DNA from: Stramenopiles sp. TOSAG23-2
Taxonomy: Eukaryota
Length of the DNA stretch: 40,815 nucleotides
Direction of reading: 5' to 3'
Assembly (NCBI GenBank): GCA_900128395.1
Contig: LT649305.1
Coordinates: 1-40,815, forward strand
Part shown: in pieces, positions 10,262 through 21,300 of the stretch
Layout: each line of letters opens with the position of its first letter
Position numbering within the stretch: position 1 is the first letter of the stretch
Position numbers and translations under genes: made by a program
The notes under the pieces: model-generated
Told to the model about the DNA's origin: nothing
Databases searched by the model: none
The model's input: the letters and a program-made list of their open reading frames with translations, nothing else

Positions 10262-10465
10262 GAAGGTAGAAGGTAAAGGATTATGGCCAATGAAAATAAT
10301 TACAAGTATTTATTTCTTCAATAAGCAAGAACAAGAGGAATAGGAAATAGTCAATGAACATGTAAAGCATACATGTTTACTGCAACATACAAACGGTTCG
10401 TATTAATATAATATTATATTATTATATTATTATATCAAGTTTGTAGCATACAATTATACTTTAAC

Positions 10466-12895
10466 ATGCCTCCTCGATCAACTCCATCATCTGTAGTAAA
10501 AAACAGAATCAAAAGTGATTATCATACAGCCTTAGCAGGCTTTGCAGATTGGTACTTTAATATCTTCCCAAATGGAGACAATGTTGCTGACAATGACGAA
10601 AGGAAAACATTATTGACACCAAATAATGCGCCTTTACGGTATTTCGATATCCCGGATAAAGCAAAATTTGTCAAACATATGGAAAATGTTGATATTGATA
10701 AGAATATTTTATTTGTTCATGTTCTATGGAAAAGAGATACACATTTCTGGCCAGAAGGACATTTTGGTAAAACTTACTTTGATCATCTTCGTTCAGGTTT
10801 ACTATTACGTTTGAATGAAGTATCTTCTGGACCAATGGACTATTCACAGCAGGCAACATCCAACATCAAAAAGTTTTATCAAGGTTTGAATAATGAATTG
10901 AAAGATCAAAAGGATGATGCTGGGTGGGATAGCAAAGGAACATCTGCTGTTCCTTGGTCTGTATATTTAGCAATTGCTACATATTTGTTGAGTGTTGATG
11001 TAACATATTGGCTTATGTTCCTCTTACAGTGGAACTTGATGAGTCGTAGTGTTGACATAACAAAAATAAATATTACTAGTTTTAGCTTTGATAATGATAT
11101 GTTAACTATTTTATATACACACCGTAAAACTCAAAGAAAAAAATCGACATCAACAGCAAATACTGTTCATATTGCAAGTAATCCCGTCAATCCAATTGTT
11201 TGTTGTGTATTGGCTCTTGCTGTAAATTTATTGAACAAAAATATTGATAACTTACAATTATTTGAAGGTGGATCAATTAAAAGTGGATACAGTAAGGCAA
11301 TTAGTGAGGCCTTAGACGATCCTGGTGTCAAAGAAGCACTCAAGGCTGTTGGGCTGTCTAAAGCAAAAATAGCCACTCATTCTTTGAGAAAATCTGCTGC
11401 GACATATGCTGCATCAGGAACTGACGGCACCCCTATGCATTTTACCATCCTCCTTCGTGGTGGTTGGTCCATCGGTAATGTATTGGAACGCTATTTTAGT
11501 CAAGCTGACCACGGAGATAAATTGATTGCTAACATTCTTGCTGGACGTAATTTTTTTACGAAAAGTTTCTCCCGACTCATACCGCATTTTAAACCTGACC
11601 AAAATCTTAAGCCAGATGTACTAAAAAGCCTATTTCAGGGAAAGTACATTGAGGAGTCATTTGATGAAATGGAAGGTTTCCTCCAGATGATGGTAGCACA
11701 ACTAGTATATCATTATGATTTCTTGGAAATTACATTAGGTGAAAATTCTTCTGTTGTTGGTGCATTAAACCGGAATTTTTTAAATCATCAAGATTTGAAA
11801 AATGCACTTGGTCCAGATTTTGCAGATGAAACCACACAAATAAAGGCTACTGGCCAAGGTGGTTCTGTTGTATACCAAAGACTGGAAAAAATTGAGAAAC
11901 AAAACGAAGCCATCATTCAAACACTTGATACTATTGTAAAATTGCTTACTGGTACACGCAATGGAAATCAAGTTGTTACACAACCAGGACAACAACAAGT
12001 ACCTACTGCTTGGGCTGGTACTGCAATTGCTAATACAAATCAAAATGAGTTAGTCACATGTTTAAAAAAACTAGTACTAGATGGTCAAAAAGCAACAGTA
12101 GCTGCTGTTAAAAAGACCATTCAGGATATAAGTGGTGTATCAGCACCAACAGATGTACAACAAGTACACTTGAATGTGTTTGTGCATAATAGTGTCAAAG
12201 GTAGAGTATGGAAAGTAGCAAAAACTTACTGCCTCCCTACTGATTTTCGAGAAATGGTCCGCCAATATGTTTTTTCGAATCGCAGTACACGTCAAACAGC
12301 ATTGCGTGATTGTAATGCTCGTAATATCTTTTATGATGTTACTGATGATCCAAATAACGCAAAGAAAAAAAAAGCCTTTCGTAAGAAATACCAGCGTGCA
12401 ATTGTAGCAGTAAATTGCTTCTTACAATTTGCTTATATCAAGCATCGAGAGAAGTATAACCGTTTCTTGAATGAAAGGTCTGATCCGTATAAACGTGGTA
12501 CATTATTTAATGTTCTGTATCGGTCTGCCTGGGTTGATTTCAATTCTACATTAGTTTCACGCAAACGTAAACGAAAACTAAACGAAATTACGCCCGGCAC
12601 AGTATATATGCATATGCATCGTCGTACAGATGATTCAACATTTATCAAACGGTTACGAACATCGTGTAATCTTTCCACCATGTCCAAACGAGAACAAGAA
12701 TGGTCCTATCCACTACCATCACTAACATTCACAGAATCAGATGCTAGTCCATTACTTGATATTGAAGAAAATTCAACAGCAAGTGGCATGGCAAGTAATA
12801 TGATGATGCCAATGCCGTCGACTTCAGATGTTGTCGATTCAAGTAGCACAACTTCTACTACCACAATTGCAACAAATACACAACAAAGTGTGTAA
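10466..12895 (+). CDS. Tyrosine recombinase of CryptonS type (809 aa) with a C-terminal putative DNA-binding (GCR1_C-like) region
   Basis: Catalytic set R194 (WNLMSRS), K221 (RKT), H305-x-x-R308 (THSLRKSAAT), W334 (LRGGWSIG), Y343 (LERY). The HIASNPVNPIVCCVLALA segment resembles oomycete/diatom Crypton YRs. Basic NLS-like runs KKKKAFRKK and RKRKRK. Confidence 0.9.
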   Translation: MPPRSTPSSVVKNRIKSDYHTALAGFADWYFNIFPNGDNVADNDERKTLLTPNNAPLRYFDIPDKAKFVKHMENVDIDKNILFVHVLWKRDTHFWPEGHFGKTYFDHLRSGLLLRLNEVSSGPMDYSQQATSNIKKFYQGLNNELKDQKDDAGWDSKGTSAVPWSVYLAIATYLLSVDVTYWLMFLLQWNLMSRSVDITKINITSFSFDNDMLTILYTHRKTQRKKSTSTANTVHIASNPVNPIVCCVLALAVNLLNKNIDNLQLFEGGSIKSGYSKAISEALDDPGVKEALKAVGLSKAKIATHSLRKSAATYAASGTDGTPMHFTILLRGGWSIGNVLERYFSQADHGDKLIANILAGRNFFTKSFSRLIPHFKPDQNLKPDVLKSLFQGKYIEESFDEMEGFLQMMVAQLVYHYDFLEITLGENSSVVGALNRNFLNHQDLKNALGPDFADETTQIKATGQGGSVVYQRLEKIEKQNEAIIQTLDTIVKLLTGTRNGNQVVTQPGQQQVPTAWAGTAIANTNQNELVTCLKKLVLDGQKATVAAVKKTIQDISGVSAPTDVQQVHLNVFVHNSVKGRVWKVAKTYCLPTDFREMVRQYVFSNRSTRQTALRDCNARNIFYDVTDDPNNAKKKKAFRKKYQRAIVAVNCFLQFAYIKHREKYNRFLNERSDPYKRGTLFNVLYRSAWVDFNSTLVSRKRKRKLNEITPGTVYMHMHRRTDDSTFIKRLRTSCNLSTMSKREQEWSYPLPSLTFTESDASPLLDIEENSTASGMASNMMMPMPSTSDVVDSSSTTSTTTIATNTQQSV

Positions 12896-13225
12896 TATGT
12901 AATATATTTTTTTGTTTAATTATTATATATAATAATAAATAGTCTTTGACACACACATCATTATTTATTATTATGGTTTTAAGTCTCCTCGTATAATTCT
13001 TATGCTATCCCCCTGCTACGCATCTCCTGCGCTCGTATACAATGATATTTATATGTATAATAACTGCTCAACTGCTGTAAAATCTAATAATTTCTTTTAT
13101 ACTTGCTATTCTACTAAAAGTAATACATATAATAATAAAGTATCCTTAAAATACATATCAATTATCAATTATTCACTATTAAAACTATCCGGTATTTATA
13201 AGGTGAACCAGTGCTAATATTATAA

Positions 13226-13372
13226 TTATCATGTCCCCCAAACTGGACATAATAACAGCAAGAACTGAGTATTCTGAGTTCTCTAACGCTGTGTCATGCT
13301 AGCAGAACTGGAAAATATCTCTTACTATGTCCAGACACCTGGACATAATAAGAGATTTTCTGGACATAATAG
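13226..13372. repeat. Right subterminal box array of the YR element
   Basis: TTATCATGTCCCC-CAAA-CTGGACATAATAA (13226-13255); TTACTATGTCCAG-ACAC-CTGGACATAATAA (13322-13351); CTGGACATAATAG (13360-13372). The 22-mer AAATATCTCTTACTATGTCCAG is identical at 10140-10161 and 13313-13334. Confidence 0.9.
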
Positions 13373-14132
13373 TGGCGGAATCAGAAATCTTGTTATCTAT
13401 GGTACAGTATTGATGCGTTTTTCATCAACGAACTTTCTACAGTATTTTTATAGCCATTTTGCCAAAAAATATCGCTACATACTTAGTTATAACACTATCA
13501 ATATAATAATGATTTTAATCATATCACTATGGTAAAGATGTTTAGGTGAAAAAATATACTATCCAAACATAATTAACTACCAAGTAAGTCTGGTATAATT
13601 TTTTCTGTCAGTCTTTTATTTTTTACGATAGGGTTGAAATTTATTCGACATCTATCTATCTAGAAAAATGGTGCTAGACACATGCTAATTGTTCCCGTCC
13701 ACAAACCACATATGGAAGACCCATTTCTATAATATGAAGATAGCATAGAAGGCTTAAATTAAATTACGGCTTGTGATTGGTGGAGTTCCAACTGAACGAA
13801 AGTAAATTTCAAACAACATTATTTTTATCCAATTATAAGACTGTTAAGAATAGAAAAGTAAAAAATTAGTCGGTTGCCATTTTGTTGTAAGTAAAAGTTA
13901 TCCAATGCTATTTGCATTCTAAATTGATACTAACAACGACCAAAAAAAGAAAATCTTAACAACTATTTTTATCATACATACACACACACACACAAAAATA
14001 TAAGTATATATATATATATGTATATATGCTTACACATCAAACTGGATATCAAATTTATGCTTAAAACACATTAATAACTAGAACTATTCAGATCAAAACA
14101 AAAGACACAAACTATAAACTATTATATAAAAA

Positions 14133-14906
14133 ATGAAATCCGCTACATTCATTGTTGTAATCGCTACTGTACTTGGTGCAGCAAATGCATACTGCCCAAA
14201 CGGTTGCTCTGGTCATGGTACATGTCAAACAGCTTCCACATCAACTGGAACTATTAAAGATAGTTGCTTATGTTTCACCCATTTGGATGGTGGATCCACC
14301 CCAGTACCAGCATGGACTGGCGCAGATTGCTCCTTACGTACATGCCCAAGAGCAGGAGCATGGGCAGCAGCTCCAGCAGCAAACAACGACCACGTTTCCG
14401 GCGACAACCATGTAGAATGTGCTAACAGAGGTAGCTGTGACCGTAAATCTGGTACTTGCTCTTGTGCAACAGGATATGCAGGTGCTGCATGTCAACGTTC
14501 CGTATGCCCTAATGACTGTAACGGACATGGTGTATGCCAAACACAAAAACAACTTGCTGATGACTATTCACATAATGCTGACGATAATGCAGTAAGTTCT
14601 CAATTTGCAACCCCAGACGCAGACAAAGATTGTGTCGATTGTACTGGTACACCAAACTCAGGTGCTGTTTATGATAGTGCATGGGACAGTGGAAGAAGTG
14701 TAGGGTGTAAATGTGATTCCGGTTTCGCAGGTCCAGATTGTTCATTGCGTGAATGTCCATCAGAAGACGATCCATTGGGAGGTCCAGGTAGAAGCCAAGG
14801 CCGTGTATGTTCAGGACGTGGTACATGCGATTTTACAACTGGAAGTTGTAGCTGTTTCAGTGGATACTATGGTGAACGTTGCCAAAGTCAAACAGTATTA
14901 TTTTAA
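14133..14906 (+). CDS. Tubular mastigoneme (flagellar hair) protein, short SIG/Ocm-type EGF-like protein
   Basis: Signal peptide, then CPNGCSGHGTC, WTGADCSLRTCP, ECANRGSCDRKSGTC, CQRSVCPNDCNGHGVC, WD..RSVGCKCD.GF.GPDCSLRECPSEDDP, CSGRGTCD...QTVL. This architecture is characteristic of stramenopile mastigoneme proteins. Confidence 0.88.
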   Translation: MKSATFIVVIATVLGAANAYCPNGCSGHGTCQTASTSTGTIKDSCLCFTHLDGGSTPVPAWTGADCSLRTCPRAGAWAAAPAANNDHVSGDNHVECANRGSCDRKSGTCSCATGYAGAACQRSVCPNDCNGHGVCQTQKQLADDYSHNADDNAVSSQFATPDADKDCVDCTGTPNSGAVYDSAWDSGRSVGCKCDSGFAGPDCSLRECPSEDDPLGGPGRSQGRVCSGRGTCDFTTGSCSCFSGYYGERCQSQTVLF

Positions 14907-15349
14907 TTGTATATCACTTGCAAATAAGACAAACTAAAAGAAGAAAAAGAAAATACATACATATATATTATACGTATTATAATTAAGAAATCTGCAAAAC
15001 CAAAAGGATGCAATGCATATCTGAGACTTTCATGTCGTTATCACGATGGAAATATTTGCTTGTTTTCGTGTATCATCACATACATGTATATATACACAAA
15101 TGAAAATCATATCATAAAAAAGGCCTAAAGAGTCCAGGGAGAGAAAGCATTGAAAGGATTTTTTCATTATACATATCCTCACTTATATATAAAAAGAAGA
15201 AAAAAAAGACATTTTTTTATAATATATAAAATATACTAATATCACGTATTATATCTAATAAAATAGTATAAAGTTATACAGATTACATCAAATGTCATAT
15301 ATTAATACGCGAGGTTATTATTTTATTTTAAATAAAATATATATCATAT

Positions 15350-18300
15350 CTATAATTCATCACACCATACTTCTGGAATTGAAATCGACTCATATTCCGC
15401 AGAATGTACTTCGAAATTTCTAAACGAACCATTCATTCTACAAAAATTTGATTCTGTCTTTTCATAAAAATCCCACATAACATGAGCTGCAATGGTAGTG
15501 ATTCCTTCAGTACATTGAACGCATTTTCCAGGAAAATGTTGACCGGCCTTGCCATAAGAGATGCCTTCACAAGCAGGATTTTTGGCACAAAGATTTTGAC
15601 ATTCTTGCAGTGTATAAATATTTGGCCAGTTAGGATGAGTAGTAGAAATGTCATTCCAGCCATCGTTACAATATTTGCCAACCTGAGGCTGTGCATAATC
15701 ACTTCCATGCGCCCCTAATAAAATGCGTGATGTTTGGTATTTCGTCGTCGGAGTATCAGATGATTTGATACCACTTGCCTTTTTGCAAACTCTCCTGTTC
15801 TTTACATTGTCTTGACCGTTGTTTCCAGGATTCCACACGATTCGATTCCCATCTCCATTCGCTGCACTTTTGTCATTGTAATATGAACACCCTGAAGGAT
15901 GTAGATTTAGGTTAGTTGCCTGCTCGAAGACCGTGCCACTTCCACCATCCAACATCATGGTATCTTTTGCATGCTTACATTCTTCTTTTGTAAGTTCATA
16001 TAAACCGCAACGATCCCTCTCCGACTCCGCTATAACATAGGAATGCTCCCCATCATCTTCATGTATTATAATCTCATCACATTTCACAACCGTTTTTTCG
16101 GAATCAATTATAATCGCATAAGAATGCCAACGATTATCGTTGCAATGACTATTATGAAATATTGTATTTGTCAGTTTAAACTCTCCAACATGAATAATGC
16201 TTCCGTAATTTATAGTATCCGTAGTAATTTCTCGAACTTGAGCTTCAAATTGAACGACAATCGTTTGAAAGCTTGGGAACAAATTTTCTATATCGATTGA
16301 CAAAGCAGAAGTGCTAGCAGTATACCCGCCACTATCAATTATTCTGTTTGAATCTTGCAAAAGCGATCGTTTGCTTGCTTTAAAGTCATACCATTTATGT
16401 ATTGGTATCGCCGGATAAAAATCTCTTTCAACCGCTGTAGAAGCTTGTTGGCATTCCGCTAATGATAAACGCTTATTGTAAATTGTAACATCGTTTATAC
16501 GCCCGATATGAGATTGTGTCGGATCGAATTTACCACCAGTTTCATCTGGTTCTTCACCTATCATTACAACCGTTGATGCATCGCTGAAGACATACGAATT
16601 GGCAGAAAAAGTAATCTTGTTCACACCATCAATCGCCAAAAAGGAATCTGCAGCTCCTTTTTTATAAGATAAGCATATATGATACCATTTATTTTTATTT
16701 ATTTCAGATGCTGAAGTATCTACAGTATTAGCATGAGTAATAACGACACGTGCTTTTCCATCAGGTTTAATTCCAACATAAAAATTATTGTCACCACCAG
16801 CATCACTTGATAATGCAAACACGGCGTTACATCCTGTGTTAAACTCGTCGACTTTTATCCACATTGACACAGTATATTCTTCATACTGATATGCAAGACT
16901 TGTACTTGGGTTAGGTTGCAACATCATGTAAGAATCGCTATATTTTTCCAAATTATTAGTAACATAATCCATCCTTGGATAATTCGAAGGTTTATAAAAC
17001 TTATATCCTATCTTTCTAAACTCGTTCCATTTATAAATAGGGGTTGTGGGGTAGCTAGATGCTCCAGGCGCGGTAGATGCTTGTTGACATTCAGATAACG
17101 ATAAACGCTTATCATACACTGTCACATCTTTCATTTGACCCACAAAAGCTTGGGTGGAATCTAGTTTACCCCCAATACTGTCTTGTTCCTGACCTAACAT
17201 TATAAACGTATTTACGTCATTATAGACATCGACGTTACTAGAAAATGTTTTTTTATTTACACCGTCAATTGCCAAAAAGGAATCTGCAGCATCTTTTTTG
17301 TAAGATACGCAGATATGATGCCATGTATCTACATTTATCACAGAAGTTGAAGTTTCTCCTCCAAAACTACTAAAGTAAATCCCTGCTTTACCATCAGAAT
17401 GTATACCGACAAGAACATTGTTACTACTAAGTGTACTTGCTAGTGAAAACATTGCCATGTAAGATCTGCTACCAAATGAATCCTCTGTCTTTATCCACAT
17501 TGATATACTATATTCACTAAATGTATTTGCTATTACACCCGTTCCTCGTATGTATAAAAATTGCAATGCTTTTATCTGTGAATCCGTTAATTCTACCGTT
17601 TCTGAGTATAGTACAGTATTATCCACTATACATTCAACGCCGATACCTATAGTAGCTTGAACGTTGTGTAGACCAAAGCCTTCCACATTGTCAGCAACTG
17701 TTATCGACTTTGTATCTTTTAAAGCCCAATAAGTAGAGACGGCCTCGTCTTTATGATAAGGATTTGTCAAAACATACGATCCAGCATCGATTATTTTAAA
17801 CCCCGCTTCATCTTCGACAATATTTGTTTCAGCTAATACCATATCAACAATAGAATTACCAGTAAGTGTATGAAATAACCACCGATTATCATAGTTTGGT
17901 AATTTATTTATTACAGCTTTTTCTGTAAAGAGATTCAAAATTTGTGAAACCGTTGTATCACTTAAATATGTATCATAAATTGCAATTTGGCGCATCTGTC
18001 CTTTGAAATGTTGATTAGTACTTTTATCTTTACACCACCCTGCCGTTATTTTCGTATCGGCATCTGTTACAGAATTTAAAACATATTGATTAGCCCATCT
18101 TATATCGGAGCTAGAACTGACAAGTTCACCGTCCATATTGTAAATTTCCATCCTTTTCTTCTTACCATCAACCCTTGCAACTGCTATATAATCCTTGCCA
18201 GATTCTATCTTTGCATTGGGGAAATTAGAATTTTCTACATGTGTTGTTAAATAGTTGGTGGTGGAATATTTACGCACTGTCCAATATTGATCCTTTCCCT

Positions 18301-21300
18301 GTCCAATCAAATGATTCCATTCACCCGTCATATCATCAAAATGAAATGATACGAAAACGGTTAACATTTGATTTGCTGGTGTTGGTACGTTTGCAGAAGT
18401 CTCTAATTGACCAATAGCAAATTTAATAGACGGTAAGCCATTTATACCATCTGTGATGTATGTAACTGTACCAGTCGCCGTCGTCGGTATCAAATGCCTG
18501 TCATTGCCTGACAAATCATTCCATTGAGTAACATCATCTGCATTACTGCATGTCGTACTACAGGTTACACTACTCGCGTCGTACAATGCAAATAGATTTG
18601 TCGTGCCAGTAATTTCTGAAAGACCATTGTAAAGTGTATCACCATCTAAATTTGCACTAGTAATATATACATCTCCAACTGCATAGGTTTTAGGCATTCC
18701 TGCAAATAAAGTTGGATTTACATTGTCCACATAGCTGGAGATGGACCCGACAGATGGTTGACCTGGTTTACACTGACCCACACTCGGCGAACCATTAGTT
18801 AAACAACGGGCTAATCTTTCTTTTGTCCTGGCATTTTCTAATGTATTTTTCTCTTTCATGTATGCACCGACATATCTTGTTCCACATTTTCTTGACGGCG
18901 GGAAACTGGAGGTAGACAATGGGCATGTGTATTGTGTACCAAAACAATTAGTGATTTCAGTTTCGCGTAATATACCACAAGCTGTTCTCCAGGCATCTCT
19001 ACGAGTGTTACAAGCTGCCTCTGTAGTTGGATCTGGTCCTCCTTGATTGTGGTCGTGGAACCAACCTATATCCCCTAAAGCAGGAAAGTCTGCACACGGA
19101 CCTACAATTTTGATCATGCAAGTTACAATATCTGGTGTCCGGTAGATATTGTGCGATATTTTATCTATGGCATGAAATTTATCAAGCGTTATCGTTGGCG
19201 AAAGCAATGTACGATGTAAATTTAGTTTTCCATCTTTTGTTTTAAAGATATGCGCCGCTTTAGATGCTTCGTTGTCTGTAAATTTGCTTCGATCTAACGT
19301 CAGCGTGCCATTTTTGACATAAATTGCACCTCCACGCGTATCAGCATCAGTACTTTCATAAACTTGAAAATTTCTAAAGGATCCTTGCATTCTACTATGA
19401 AATGTGCTTGAATCATAATGTGCACCAAGAACAATATCATTGTTTTTATTGTTTAAAGAGGTTGTTCCAAAATTTTGATAGATCAACAATCCATCACATT
19501 TTACAACAGTTTTTTCAACATCTTGTATGACAGTATACTGATGGTAATTTCCATCGTCACATATACTATTTTTAAAATTATGATTTTCAAATTTCAAATT
19601 CCCTATTTGAAACAAAGAAGCAGAACTTGCTCTTCCAGGAATCCATTCATAGTTACATCGCGATTGTGGAGAGTCTCGACAGACTGGCCGCGATGAAGCA
19701 TGAGAGCTTCCCGTTTCATGCCGGTTCCAACGCACTATATGATACGATGGATTGATCTCAAATTTTATTTCAAAAATCCAAGGTGTATTCGTAGCTGGAA
19801 AGGCAACTTTAATTCTGCGTGTTTGAAACATTTTAGGACATTCCCTATATTGAAAAGAATAGGTTGCATCATCAGTGGTTAAAGCGCTACTACATTCTTC
19901 AACCCATGAATCTGATGTTTTGATGTAGCTAAATAATTTAACCCCAGTTGCTCTATTAGTACCTACCCGTACATAGACACCAACAATATTATATTCAAAA
20001 CCAAGATCTAGGGTAAAATAATGTTCAAAAGTACTACTTTCACCAGTTTTTGGATGCCAAAAAACATTGCTACTATCCAATACTTTTGCAACATCAAATA
20101 TGATATCATCATCGACATCGGGAGTACCAGTGGATACGCAACCAGTACAATCAACCCACCATGCCGGATTTGCCTCGAGAGTACGCGTATGATCTACTAA
20201 TCCACTTTCATAGTAACAACCCTTAGGACGAGAAGGATAGTCAACTTCAATGACGCCCGTCTGTAAGCAAATTGGTTGATGCAATCGATTTTTCATAACC
20301 GTATAATCTTCGTTGTATGCCAAAGCATTATTTCCGATGGCCTCATCGTTATATACGTAACAAGGGCTGGCTGAACCGCCTTTTGAAAATCGCTTGCTTT
20401 CATACGTGTGCCATTCCGTACTTTCAGTCTTTTTCGAACAAGTTAGGGTAATGGATTTACCATGAGCATCACTAGCAACTGTTACAACTTGTTCATTGTC
20501 ATCATTTCTGCAAGTATACTTCACAATGTAATTCTTCGTTGAACACCCAGAAGCTAGATCGTCAAGAACGTTCGAATTTACATTATATACGCAAGAAAAT
20601 TGATGGTCACATTTGCTTTTAATATCGGACAAATGGTTTCCAGAATTATCAGATGTTCCTGGACAATTTGCTCCATAATGCGCGTAGTGTACGTCAATAG
20701 TTGCAATGCCAACAAACCAAGCTGTTGCTTGCCAATCACATTGATAATAATGATCGCAAAACATCGTATTTTGAAACGCAAAAGCTTTACATCGAGGTTC
20801 CTCCAAACATTTTTTTCTACATAGATCTATATCTAGGTTATTTCCTAACATTTTTTTTGTTTGGGTCGGCAATGTTCCATCTTGAAAGGCGAATGCATTT
20901 ACAATAGACGAGACGATATCATCATTTAGGTATGTATCAAATATGGCAAGTTGACGCATGTAACCAGAAAAACTATCTTGATTATTATCGCGGGTACTGC
21001 CTCTAGCAACATTTATTTTCTGCGTGCCAGATGGAATTTTTTCACTAGCAGTGCCTTTTGTATATGCACGACTTAGTAGCTCACCTTTCATGTTATAAAG
21101 TTTTATTTCTCGCATTTGTCTATGGACTCTTGCCACGATTACATAATCCATATCAGCATTTATATCTATCTTTGGATCTGCGTCATTAACGACTTGAAGC
21201 CACAATTTTGAATCCTTATCATGTCGAATCAATCTCCAGTAATTATCATGCCCTTGGCCTACCAAATGGTTCCACCCCTCATTAAATGCATGAAGTTCAG

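Larger units (their letters stand above)
10098..13403 (+). mobile_element. Crypton-like (CryptonS-type) tyrosine-recombinase DNA transposon, apparently full length
   Basis: Intact YR ORF; subterminal arrays of a 13-bp box at 10126-10176 and 13226-13372; candidate terminal direct cores CATGGT (10098-10103) and TATGGT (13398-13403), 22 and 25 nt outside the arrays. Exact ends are inferred. Confidence 0.75.

Noticed and set aside
10184-10275. Hammerhead ribozyme or UUCG-tetraloop RNA
   Set aside because: No correctly ordered CUGANGA/GAAA core on either strand; the stem registers give TTC/GAA triloops, not C(UUCG)G.
10126-13372. Box arrays as a CRISPR-like array or true loxP-type crossover sites
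   Set aside because: Mixed orientations, no regular unique spacers and no cas genes. The 4-nt non-matching spacers are shorter than the usual 6-8 bp YR overlap, so accessory binding sites are favoured.
13560-13800. Coding-like minus-strand fragments right of the YR element
   Set aside because: The frames I read are interrupted by stops; no recognisable family.
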